From Squalus acanthias (lineage: Eukaryota): a stretch of DNA of 64,000 nt. Positions 47,502 to 58,063 of this stretch are shown here, piece after piece. The DNA is taken from contig JASTWF010000035.1 in assembly GCA_030390025.1 (NCBI GenBank), positions 1,116,001 to 1,180,000 on the forward strand, written 5' to 3'. Made by a program: the position numbers and the translations under genes. The notes under the pieces are model-generated. The model saw nothing but the letters and a program-made list of their open reading frames with translations. It was not told where the DNA came from and did not search any database. Each line of letters opens with the position of its first letter. Position 1 is the first letter of the stretch.

Positions 47502-48339
47502 GTGTGGATGGGGAGTGTGGGTGGGGAGTGGGGAGTGTGGAATGGGGAGTGGGGGTGGGGAGGGTGGGTGGGGAGTGGGGATGGGGAGTGGGGTGGGAAG
47601 TGGGGGTGTGGAGGGTGGGTGGGGAGTGGGAGTGGGGAGTGTGGGATGGGGAGTGGGGGTGGGGAGGGTGGGTGGGGAGTGGGGGTGGGGACTGAGGGTG
47701 GGGGTGGGGACTGAGGGTGGGGATGGGGAGTGGGGTGGGAAGTGGGGGTGTGGACTGGGGGTGGGAAGTGGGGGTGGGGAGGGGGGTGGTGAGTGTGGGT
47801 GGGGGGTGGGGAGTGGGGAGTGTGGGTGGGGAGGGGGGGATGGGGAGTGTGGGTGGTGAGTGTGGGTGGGGATGGGGAGGGCGGGTGGGGAGTGTGGGTG
47901 GGGAGTGTGGGTGGGGAGTGGGGTTGGTGAGTGTGGGTGGGGAGTGGGGTTGGGGAGTGTGGGTGGGGAGTGGGGGTGGGGAGTGTGGGTGGGGAGTGTG
48001 GGTGGGGAGTGGGGTTGGTGAGTGTGGGTGGAGAGTGGGGTTGGGGAGTGGGGTTGGTGAGTGTGGGTGGGGAGTGGGGTTGGGGAGTGTGGGTGGGGAG
48101 TGGGGTTGGGGAGTGTGGGTGGGGAGTGGGGGTGGGGAGTGTGGGTGGGGAGTGTGGGTGGGGAGTGTGGGTGGGGAGTGTGGGTGGGGAGTGGGGTTGG
48201 TGAGTGTGGGTGGAGAGTGGGGTTGGTGAGTGTGGGTGGAGAGTGGGGTTGGGGAGTGTGGGTGGAGAGTGGGGTTGGGGAGTGTGGGTGGGGAGTTGGG
48301 TTGGTGGGTGTGGGTGGTGAGTGTGGGTGGGGAGTGGGG
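47502..48339 (+). repeat. G-rich (gggtggggagtgt-like) degenerate tandem repeat
   Basis: ~840 bp of dense G3/G4 runs with almost no C. Confidence 0.95.
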
Positions 48340-48391
48340 ATTGAGCTATTTTGCTCACTGAATCATCACCAATCGTTCGGATTCCTTTCAG

Positions 48392-48463
48392 TATCAGAAT
48401 CTGAAGAATAAAAAAGATGCTGTGGTGCGGCGAGTGATCAATACTGCGAATACAGTGGACTTG
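48392..48463 (+). CDS. ADAM exon (metalloprotease domain): YQNLKNKKDAVVRRVINTANTVDL
   Basis: tttcag acceptor, gtgagt donor; 72 nt, phase 0-0; resembles the ADAM ..IANxVD helix. Confidence 0.9.
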
Positions 48464-48489
48464 GTGAGTATGGAGACTCTGTTCACACT

Positions 48490-49260
48490 GAATTATAGAG
48501 AATTCGATAGGATATACAGCACAGAATCTGGCCATTTGGCCCAACCAGTCCATGCCGGCGTTTATGCTCCACTCGAGCCTCCCCCCATCCTTCCTCATCT
48601 AACTCTATCAGCATAACCCTCTATTCCTTTCTCCCTCATGTGCTTGTCTTGCCTCCCCTTAATTACATCTATACTATTCACCTCAACCACTCCCTGTGGT
48701 AGTGAGTTCCACATTCTCATCACTCTCTGGGTTAAGAAGTTTCTTCTGAATTCCCTATTTGATTTCTTGGTGACTATCTTATATTGATGGCCTCTAGTTT
48801 TGCTCTTCCCCACAAGTGGAAACATTCTCTCTGTATCCACTCGATCAAAACCTTTCATAATTTTAAAGACCTCTATTAGGTCACCCCTCAGTCTTCTCTT
48901 TTCAAGCAAAAAGAGACCCAGTCTGTTCATCCTTTCCTGATATGTATACCCTCGCATTTCTGGTATCATCCTTGTAAACCTTCTCTGAAGCCTCTCCAGT
49001 GCCTCTATATCATTTTTATAATATGGCGACCAGAACTGCACGCAGTACTCTTAGTGTGGTCTAACCAAGGTTCGATACAGGTTTAGCATAACTTCTCTAC
49101 TTTTCAATTCCAACCCTCTAGAAATAAACCCGAGTGCTTGGATTGCTTTTTTATGGCCTTATTAACTGTCGCTACTTTTAGTGATTTGTGTATTTGTACT
49201 CCCAGATACCTTTGGTCTTCTACACCATTTAGATTCTCATTTTCCAAGTAATATATGACC
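48490..49260 (-). mobile_element. Older CR1 3' part (continues at 56702-56868)
   Basis: ORF 48595-49041; tatgacc/tataacc duplication flanks the 49261-56701 insertion. Confidence 0.75.
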
Positions 49261-50139
49261 AGACCAAATACAATAAGTTGAGAGGGGAAGTGAAGATGAA
49301 AATAAGATTGGCAAAGAGAGAATATGAGAGTAGAATGGCGGTTAACATAAAAGAGGCGCAAGGCAAGGCTAGAATATTCAATGAGTACTTTGTATCGGTG
49401 TTTACCAAGGAGGTGGATGCTGACAAAATATCGGTAGAAGTGGAAAAGGTAGAAGCAATGGAAGGGATGAAAATTGATAGACAGGATGTACTGGAAAGGC
49501 TGGGTATGCTTAGAGTGTACAAGTCGCCTGGTCCAGATGGCTTGCATCCCAGGTTGCTAAGGGAATTGGGGGAGGAGGTAGCGGAAGGGCTTTGCATAAT
49601 TTTCCAATCTTCCCTAGATGCGGGGGAGGTGCCTGAGGACTGGAAAGTGGCAAATGTGACACCATTGTTCAAGAAAGGGTGTAAGGACAATCCTAGTAAC
49701 TACAGGCTGGTCAGTTTAACATCAGTGGTGGGTAAAGTTTTAGAAACAATAATCAAGAAAAAAATTAACGAGCGCTTGGAGAGGTTTAAGGTAATTAAGA
49801 AGAGCCAACACAGATTTGTAAAAGGCAGATCGTGTTTGACTAATCTAATTGAATTTTTTGATGAAGTAACAGGGAGGATTGATGAAGGGAATGCAATGGA
49901 TGTTGTCTACATGGACTTTTGGAAGGCGTTTGACAAAGTACCACATAGAAGGCTGGTTAACCAAATTGAGGCTCATGGAATAGGTGGGTCAGTGACAGCT
50001 TGGATAAGGAATTGGCTTAAGGACAGAAAACAGCGAGTCGTGGTGAATGGCTGTTTTTTCAGACTGGAGGATGATAGACAGTGGTGTTCCCCAAGTGTCA
50101 GTGCTGGAGCCACTGCTTTTTTGATATATAAAATGACCT

Positions 50140-53100
50140 CTCCAACCAGGTCCGCCCCTCCTTCCCCGCTGCCGACCGCTCTGTGGGAGAGAGAAAGAAA
50201 GAAAGGCTCCTCCTCCCCCGCTGTCGACGCTGGTCTGAGGCCTACCTGACCCTCGGGCCTCCCTTTAATGACTCACCTCAGGCCTCTGCCGCTCCAACCA
50301 GGTCCGCCCCGCCTTCCCCGCTGCCGACCGCTCTGTGGGAGAGAAAGAAAAGTAGGACCTCTAAGGTAGTAATCTCTGGATTGCTACCAGGGCAACGTGC
50401 TAATCAGAATAGAGAGAACAGGATAGTGAGATTGAATACGTGGCTTGAGCAGTGGTGCAGGAGGGAGGGATTCAAATTCCTGAGGCATTGGAACCAGTTC
50501 TGGGGGAAGTGGGACCTGTACAAAAGGGACGGTCTGCACTTGGGCAGGACTGGAACCGATGTCCTCGGGGTAATATTTGCTAAAGCAGTTCGAGAGGATT
50601 TAAACTAATATGGCAGGGGAATGGGAACCTATGTAGCGAAACAGGGGGAAGTAATATGCAGTCAGAAACAAATGTTAGAAGGGTGAGAAACAATAGGGGA
50701 AGGCCGAGTAAACAAAGGCAAGAAACACAAAGGGCCATACTAAATCATAAGTCTAAAAGGACAAAGGATGTTAATAAAACAAGCCTAAAGGCTCTGTGTC
50801 TTAATGCAAGGAGTATCCGTAATAAGGTGGATGAATTGACTGTGCAAATAGATGTTAACGGATACGATGTGATTGGGATTACAGAGACGTGGCTCCAGAA
50901 CAATCAAGGCTGGGAACTGAACATCCAGGGGTATTCAACATTCAGAAAGGATAGAATAAAAGGAAAAGGGGGTGGGGTAGCATTGCTGGTTAAAGAGGAG
51001 ATTAATGAAATAGCTAGGAAGGACATCAGCTTGGAGGATGTGGAATCAATATGGGTTGAGCTGCAGAACACCAAAGGGCAGAAAACGTTAGTGGGAGTTG
51101 TGTACAGACCTCCAAACAGCAGTGGTGAGGTGAGGGAGGGTATGAAACAGGAAATCAGAGGTGCGTGCAAAAAAGGCACGGCAGTTATCATGGGTGACTT
51201 TAATATGCATATAGATTGGGCTACTCAAACTGGAAGCAATACGGTGGAGGAGGATTTCCTGGAGTGTTTAAGGGATGGTTTCCTAAACCAATATGTTGAG
51301 GAACCAACTCGAGGGGAGGCCATCCTGGACTGGGTGTTGTGTAATGAGGAAGGACTAATCAGCAATCTTGTGGTACGAGGCCCCCTGGGGAAGAGTGACC
51401 ATAGTATGGTGGAGTTCTACATTAGGATGGAGAAGGAAACAGTTAAGTCAGAGACCATGGTCCAGAACTTAAATAAGGGCAACTTTGATGGTATGAGGCG
51501 TGAATTGGCGAGGTTAAATTGGCAAGCGATATTTAAGGGGCTATCAGTGGAAGGGCAATGGCAGACATTTAGAGATCGCATGGATGAACTACAACAATTG
51601 TACATCCCGGTCTGGCGTAAAAATAAAAAAGGGAAGGTGGCTCAACCATGGCTAACAAGGGAAATCAGGGATAGTATTAAAACCAAGGAAGTTGCATACA
51701 AATTGGCCAGAAGTAGCAGCAAACCCGGGGACTGGGAGAACTTCAAAACTCAGCAAAGGAGGACGAAGGGTTTGATTAGGGCAGGGAAAATAAAATATGA
51801 AAGGAAGCTTGCAGAGAACATTAAAATGGACTGCAAAAGCTTCTATAAATATGTAAAAAGAAAGAGGTTAGTAAAAACAAACGTAGGTCCCCTGCAGTCG
51901 GAAACAGGGCAAGTCGTAATGGGGAACAAGGAAATGGCAGATCAATTGAACAAGTACTTTGGTTCGGTGTTTACTGTGGAGGACACACACAACCTGCCGG
52001 AAATAAAAGGGGTCAGAGGATCTGGTAAGAGGGAGGAGCTGAGGGAAATCCTTATTAGTCGGGAAAAGGTATTGGGGAAATTGATGGGACTGAAGGCTGA
52101 AAAATCCCCGGGGCCTGATGGTCTGCATCCCAGAGTACTTAAGGAGGTGGCCTTGGAAATAGTGGATACATTGACGATCATTTTCCAACATTCCTTAGAC
52201 TCTGGATCAGTTCCGATGGAGTGGAGGGTGGCCAATGTAACCCCTCTTTTTAAAAAAGGAGGGAGGGAGAAAGCAGGGAATTATAGACCGGTCAGCCTGA
52301 CATCGGTCGTGGGTAAAATGATGGAAGCAATTATTAAAGATGTCATAACAGACCATTTGGAAAGTGGCGACATGATAGGTCCAAGTCAGCATGGATTTGT
52401 GAAAGGGAAATCATGCTTGACAAATCTTCTGGAATTTTTTGAGGATGTTTCCAATAGGGTGGACAGGGGGGAACCAGTAGATGTGGTGTATTTGGACTTT
52501 CAGAAGGCCTTCGACAAGGTCCCACACAAGAGATTGGTGAGCAAAGTTAAAGCACATGGGATTGGGGGTAATGTGTTGACGTGGATTGAGAACTGGTTGG
52601 CACACAGGAAACAAAGAGTAGGAGTAAATGGGTACTTTTCAGAATGGCAGGCAGTGACCAGCGGGGTACCGCAGGGTTCGGTGCTGGGACCCCAGCTGTT
52701 TACATTATATATTAATGATTTGGACGAAGGGATTAAATGTAATATCTCCAAATTTGCGGATGACACTAAATTGGGAGGCAGTGTGAACAATGAGGAGGAT
52801 GCTAGGAGGCTACAGAGTGACTTGGACAGGTTGGGTGAATGGGCAAATGTATGGCAGATGAAGTACAATGTGGATAAATGTGAGGTTATCCACTTTGGTG
52901 GTAAAAATAGAGAGGCGGACTATTACCTGAATGGTGGCAGATTAGGGAAAGGGGATGTGCAACGAGACCTGGGCGTCATGGTACCTCAGTCACTGAAGGT
53001 GGGAATGCAAGTGCAGCAGGCAGTCAAGAAAGCAAACGGAATGATGGCCTTCATAGTAAGGGGATTTGAGTACAGGAGTAGGGAGGTGATGCTACAGTTG

Positions 53101-53681
53101 TACAGGGCCTTGGTGAGGCCACACCTGGAGTATTGTGCGCAGTTTTGGTCTCCTAACTTAAGGAAGGACATTCTTGCTATTGAGGGAGTGCAGCGAAGGT
53201 TCACTAGATTGATTCCTGGGATGGCCGGACTGACATATCAAGAAAGATTGGGTCAACTGAACTTGTATCCTCTGGAGTTCAGAAGAATGAGGGGGGATCT
53301 TATAGAGACATTTAAAATCCTTACTGGTTTAGACAAATTTGATGCGGGCAGAATGTTCCCAATGGTAGGGAAAACTAGAACCAGGGGTCACAGTCTAAGG
53401 ATTAAGGGGAAGCCATTTAGGACTGAGCTGAGGAGGAACTTCTTCACCCAGAGAGTGGTGAATCTATGGAATTCTCTTCCACAGAAGGTTGTTGAGGCCA
53501 GTTCGCTAAATATATTCAAAAGGGAGTTAGATATAACACTCACAACTAAGGGGATCAAGGGGTATGGCGAGAAAGCAGGAATGGGGTACTGAGGTAGCAT
53601 GTTCAGCCATGAACGCATTGAATGGCGGTGCAGGCTCGAAGGACCGAATGGTCTACTCCTGTACCTATTTTCTATGTTTCT
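50140..53681 (+). mobile_element. Young CR1 with complete ORF2, truncated ORF1 and an inverted 5' UTR segment
   Basis: 7-bp TSD atgacct (50133-50139 / 53682-53688); (tttctatg)n tail. Confidence 0.93.
50656..53592 (+). CDS. CR1 ORF2p, intact APE endonuclease + reverse transcriptase (978 aa)
   Basis: CLNARSI, GITETW, MGDFN, SDH, YLDFQKAFDKV, GVPQGS, FADD; no stops. Confidence 0.95.
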   Translation: MQSETNVRRVRNNRGRPSKQRQETQRAILNHKSKRTKDVNKTSLKALCLNARSIRNKVDELTVQIDVNGYDVIGITETWLQNNQGWELNIQGYSTFRKDRIKGKGGGVALLVKEEINEIARKDISLEDVESIWVELQNTKGQKTLVGVVYRPPNSSGEVREGMKQEIRGACKKGTAVIMGDFNMHIDWATQTGSNTVEEDFLECLRDGFLNQYVEEPTRGEAILDWVLCNEEGLISNLVVRGPLGKSDHSMVEFYIRMEKETVKSETMVQNLNKGNFDGMRRELARLNWQAIFKGLSVEGQWQTFRDRMDELQQLYIPVWRKNKKGKVAQPWLTREIRDSIKTKEVAYKLARSSSKPGDWENFKTQQRRTKGLIRAGKIKYERKLAENIKMDCKSFYKYVKRKRLVKTNVGPLQSETGQVVMGNKEMADQLNKYFGSVFTVEDTHNLPEIKGVRGSGKREELREILISREKVLGKLMGLKAEKSPGPDGLHPRVLKEVALEIVDTLTIIFQHSLDSGSVPMEWRVANVTPLFKKGGREKAGNYRPVSLTSVVGKMMEAIIKDVITDHLESGDMIGPSQHGFVKGKSCLTNLLEFFEDVSNRVDRGEPVDVVYLDFQKAFDKVPHKRLVSKVKAHGIGGNVLTWIENWLAHRKQRVGVNGYFSEWQAVTSGVPQGSVLGPQLFTLYINDLDEGIKCNISKFADDTKLGGSVNNEEDARRLQSDLDRLGEWANVWQMKYNVDKCEVIHFGGKNREADYYLNGGRLGKGDVQRDLGVMVPQSLKVGMQVQQAVKKANGMMAFIVRGFEYRSREVMLQLYRALVRPHLEYCAQFWSPNLRKDILAIEGVQRRFTRLIPGMAGLTYQERLGQLNLYPLEFRRMRGDLIETFKILTGLDKFDAGRMFPMVGKTRTRGHSLRIKGKPFRTELRRNFFTQRVVNLWNSLPQKVVEASSLNIFKRELDITLTTKGIKGYGEKAGMGY

Positions 53682-54360
53682 ATGACCTGGATATTGGAAT
53701 ACAGAGTAGAATTTCTAAATTTGCCGATGACACCAAACTTGGGGGTATGGCAAGCAGTGATGATGATACCAATTGACTGCAACAGGATATAGAAAGGCTA
53801 GCAGAATGGGCAGACAAGTGGCAGATGGAATTTAATACAGAGAAGTGTGAGGTGATGCATTTTGGCAGAAGGAACAGGGAGAGGCACAGTTTTAAAGAGT
53901 GTGCAGGGACAGAGGGACCTGGGAATTAATGTGCATAGGTCCCTGAAGGTGGCAGGACATATTGAGAGAGTGGTTAACAAAGCATATCGGATCTTGGGCT
54001 TCATAAATAGAGGTATTGAGTACAAAAGTAGAGAAGTTATGCTGAACCTTTATAAAGCGCTGGTTAGGCCACAACTGGAGTATTGCGTCCAGTTCTGGTC
54101 ACCACACTTTAGGAAGGATGTGAAGGCCCTTGAGAAATTGCAGAGGAGATTTACCACAATGGTTCTGGGGATGGAGGATCTAACCTACAAGGACAGGTTG
54201 GAGAAGCTGGATTTGTTTTCATTAGAGCAAAGGAGGTTGAGGGGTGATTTGATAGAGGTGTGTAAGATTATGACGGGTTTCGATAGGCTAGACGGGTTTG
54301 GATAGGCTGTTCCCACTAGTTGATGGTTCAAGGACTAGGGGACACAGATTTAAGGTTTAG

Positions 54361-55728
54361 GTAAGAGGTTAGTGTGCAAAATTAAAGCACATGGGATTGG
54401 GGGTAATATACTGGTATGGATTGAAAATTGGTTAACAGACAGGAAACAGAGAGTAGGAATAAATGGGTCTTTTTCGGGGTGGCAGGTGGTGACTAGTGGG
54501 GTACCGCAGGGATCAGTGCTTGTGCCCCAGCTATTCACAATATATATCAATGATTTAGATGAGGGAACCAAATGTAATATTTCCAAGTTTGCTGACGACA
54601 CAAAACTAGATGGGATTGTGAGTTGTGAGGAGGATGCAAAGAGGCTTCAAGGCGATTTAGACAAGTTGAGTGAGTGGGCAAATACATGGCAGATGCAGTA
54701 TAATGTGGATAAATGTGAAGTTATCCACTTCAGTAGGAAAAACAGAAAGGCAGAGTATTATTTAAATATGAGAAGTCGCACAACACCAGGTTATAGTCCA
54801 ACAGCTTTATTTGAAATCACAAGCTTTCGGAGCGCTGCTCCTTCGTCAGGTGAAGTCAGGTGAGCAGCGCTCCGAAAGCTTGTGATTTCAAATAAAGCTG
54901 TTGGACTATAACCTGGTGTTGTGCGACTTCTCACATTTGTCCACCCCAGTCCAACACCGGCATCTCCACATCATTATTTAAATAGTGATAGATTGGGAAA
55001 TGTTGATGTACAAAGGGACCTGGGAGTCCTTGTACACCAGTCACTGAAAGCAAACATGCAGGTGCAGCAAGCAGTTAGGAAGGCAAATGGTATGTTGGCC
55101 TTCATTGCAAGAGGATTTGAGTACAGGAGCAAGGATGTCTTACTACAGTTATACAGGACCTTGGTGAGACCACACCTGGAGTACTGTGCGCAGTTTTGGT
55201 CTCCTTACCTCAGAAAGGATATACTTGCCATAGAGGGAGTGCAGCGAAGGTTCACCAGACTGATTCCTGGGATGGCAGGACTGTCGTATGAGGAGAGATT
55301 GGGTTGACTAGGCCTGTATTCACTAGAGTTTAGAAGAATGAGAGGGGATCTCATTGAAACGTATAAAATTCTGACAGGGCTAGACAGACTGGATGCAGGG
55401 AGGATGTTTCCCCTGGCTGGGGGGGTCTAGAACGAGGGGTCATAGTCTCAGGATACGGGGTAGGACATTTAGGACTGAGATGAGGAGAAATTTCTTCACT
55501 CAGAGGGTGGTGAACCTGTGGAATTCTCTACCACAGAAGGCTGTGGAGGCCAAGTCTGAATATATTTAAGAAGGAGATAGATAGATTTCTAGACACAAAA
55601 GGCATCAAGGGGAGAGAGCGGGAATATGGTATTGAGACAGAGGATCAGCCATGATCATAATGAATGGCGGAGCAGGCGCGAAGGGCCGAATGGTCTACTC
55701 CTGCTCCTATTGTTCTATGTTTCTATGT
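54361..55728 (+). mobile_element. 5'-truncated CR1
   Basis: RT pieces 54372-55307, 3' hairpin and tail. Confidence 0.85.
54769..54972. mobile_element. Penelope-type pLTR insert with 72-bp perfect inverted repeat and hammerhead (minus strand, ~54820-54852)
   Basis: Arms 54769-54840 / 54862-54933; 12-bp TSD attatttaaata; minus strand reads cctgacgaaggagcagcgctccgaaagctt. Confidence 0.85.
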
Positions 55729-55992
55729 TTTGGGCCAGAGATACAGGGGGGATGTGACGAAAAACTTTTTTACGCAGCGAGTGGTGGTGACCTGGAATTC
55801 GCTGCCGACGGAAGTGGTGGAGGCGGAGACACTCAATGTTTTCAAGGGGAAACTGGATTGGCACTTGAGGGAAATAAACTTGCAGGGCTACGGGGATAGA
55901 GCGGGGGAATGGGACTGACTGGATTGCTCTACAGAGAGCCGGCATGGACTCGATGGGCCACATGGCCTCCTTCTGTGCCGTTATGACTCTTT

Positions 55993-56693
55993 GGGCTGGA
56001 TTTTACCAGCCCTGAGGAGGCGGGTTTGAAGGCGGGCCTGCTAGGAAAGTCAAAAAGAATGGGAGCGGGTCCCGAACCCGCTCCCAACCCGCCTCCATAC
56101 AATTTTCCCGGGAGTCGGGTCCCCAATTTGCGCAGGGACCCGCCTCCTAGCGGCGGGAAGAGGATTATAGCCACTTAACTGCGTGTTAACAGGTAGTTAA
56201 CTGGCAGCTAAGAGGCTTTTCCCAATTTTTCGACTGCTGCTGCCAGGGTAAGTGAGGCATGTTGTGGGTCTGTTGTTATGTTGGTGTTAGGATGACAGCT
56301 GCAGAAGTGGTGTGAAGGATGCAAAGTGACAATCATTAGTATCAGAGGTAAGGAAATGTTATGAAAGTAATTTTAATGTGGTAAGATATTTCTGCAGGTG
56401 ACAAGCTGTGAAGTGTTTGTGTAGCCTCATCTCAGCGGGAGAAGTGACAGATGGCTTCTGCAATCTCAGCTGCAGCCGCCATCTGTTTTATCCTAAGGAG
56501 AGAGTAATTGGACAGTCTGGGTGCAAGGGCTCACCTTTGGGCAGTGATTGTTAGTGTTTGACAGCACCTCAATGCTTAACAAGGCCAATCAGGGCAAAAT
56601 AGCGTCTGTTCGTTAGACGTCGCTGGGGGCAGGTCTAGAACCCGGAAGGCAGCAGTCCCGCCCCCAACTCGTCTCAGTAAGTAATTCCAGCCC
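55993..56693. mobile_element. Harbinger-type MITE related to 29105-29932 (opposite orientation)
   Basis: Termini gggctggatttt / aattccagccc; ttt/tat flanks within the CR1 tail repeat. Confidence 0.8.
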
Positions 56694-57059
56694 TATGACT
56701 CTATAACCTAATTTTTCTTACCAAAATGTACTGCCTCACAGTTATCTGTGTTGATATTTACTTGCCAATTATATGCCCATTCTGCAAGTTTATTAATGTC
56801 TTCTTGTAATTTGTTGCAGTATTGACTATCCCCCCAAATCTGGTGTCATCTGCAAATTTAGAAATTGATGGCAGGTTAGCCTTCCTCTTCCACGCCTCTG
56901 TTAATGACTCCTCCTGCTAACAGCTGGGTCAAAATGAAATTGCCATTAAATGCGGTATTGTAGTCACTCTCAATGCTTGAAACCTTTGGCCTCAGACATG
57001 CTGACTCACTGGCTCTCAGCTCTCCAGAAAATCACTGAAGCCCTCACCCTAAGTCTGAA

Positions 57060-58030
57060 ATTTCTCTGTCTTCCGCTCCTGCTGCCCTCTGTCCTCTCTC
57101 TCTGTCCTCTATCTTCCTCTCCTTCTGTGCTCTCCCTCCCTCTCCCACAGTTCTCTCCCTCCCTCTCCTGCAGTCCTTTGTCTCTCTCTCCCTCTCCTGC
57201 AGTTCCCTCCCTCCCTCTCCCACTGTACACTCTCTCTCTCTCCCTCTCCTTCTGTCCTCTGTCTCCCTCTCGCTGTGCTCTGTCTCTCTCTCTCTCCTAC
57301 TCTGCTCTGTCTGTCTCTCCCTCTCCTGCTGTGCTCTATCCCCCTCTCCCTCTCCCGCTGTGCTCTCCTTCCCTCTCCCTCTCCCGCTGTGCTCTATCTC
57401 CCTCTCCCTCTCCCGCTGTGCTCTCTCTCCCTCTCCATCTCCCGCTGTGCTCTATCTCCCTCTCCCTCTCCCTCTCCCGCTGTGCTCTCCCTCCCTCTCC
57501 CTCTCCCGCTGTGCTCTATCTCCCTCTCCTGCTGTGCTCTCTCTCTCTCTTCTGCTGTGCTCTCTCTCTCTCTCTCCTCCGCTGTGCTCTATCTCCCTCT
57601 CCTGCTTTGCTCTCTCTCTCTCCTCCGCTGTGCTCTCTCTCCCTCTCCTGCTGTGCTCTCTCTCCCTCTCCTGCTGTGCTCTATCTCCCTCTCCTGCTGT
57701 GCTCTATCTCCCTCTCCTGCTGTGCTCTATCTCCCTCTCCTGTTGTGCTCTATCTCCCTCTCCTGCTGTGCTCTCTCTCCCTCTCCTGCTGTGCTCTCTC
57801 TCCTCTCCTGCTGTGCTCTATCTCCCTCTCCTGCTGTGCTCTATCTCCCTCTCCTGTTGTGCGCTCTCTCCCTCTCCTGCTGTGCTCTATCTCCCTCTCC
57901 TGCTGTGCTCTATCTCCCTCTCCTGCTGTGCTCTATCTCCCTCTCCTGTTGTGCGCTCTCTCCCTCTCCCGCTGTGCTCTATCTCCCTCTCCTGCTGTGC
58001 TCTATCTCCCTCTCCTGCTCTACTCTATCT
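57060..58030. repeat. CT-rich minisatellite (~23-bp unit ctgtgctctatctccctctcctg)
   Basis: Direct inspection of the repeat. Confidence 0.95.
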
Positions 58031-58063
58031 AAGCTAGAACTTTAATTTATTGCAGAGCACATT

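Larger units (their letters stand above)
49261..55992 (+). mobile_element. Degenerate CR1 (atgactct tail) hosting younger inserts
   Basis: ORF 49278-50139, pieces 53682-54360 and 55729-55992. Confidence 0.8.

Noticed and set aside
47432..48598. Long Pro/His/Thr-rich and Gly/Trp/Val-rich ORFs
   Set aside because: Translations of the G-rich repeat, which lacks stop codons by composition.
56950..58045. Leu/Ser/Cys/Pro-rich ORFs of 225-360 aa
   Set aside because: All three frames are open over a CT minisatellite; low-complexity artefact.
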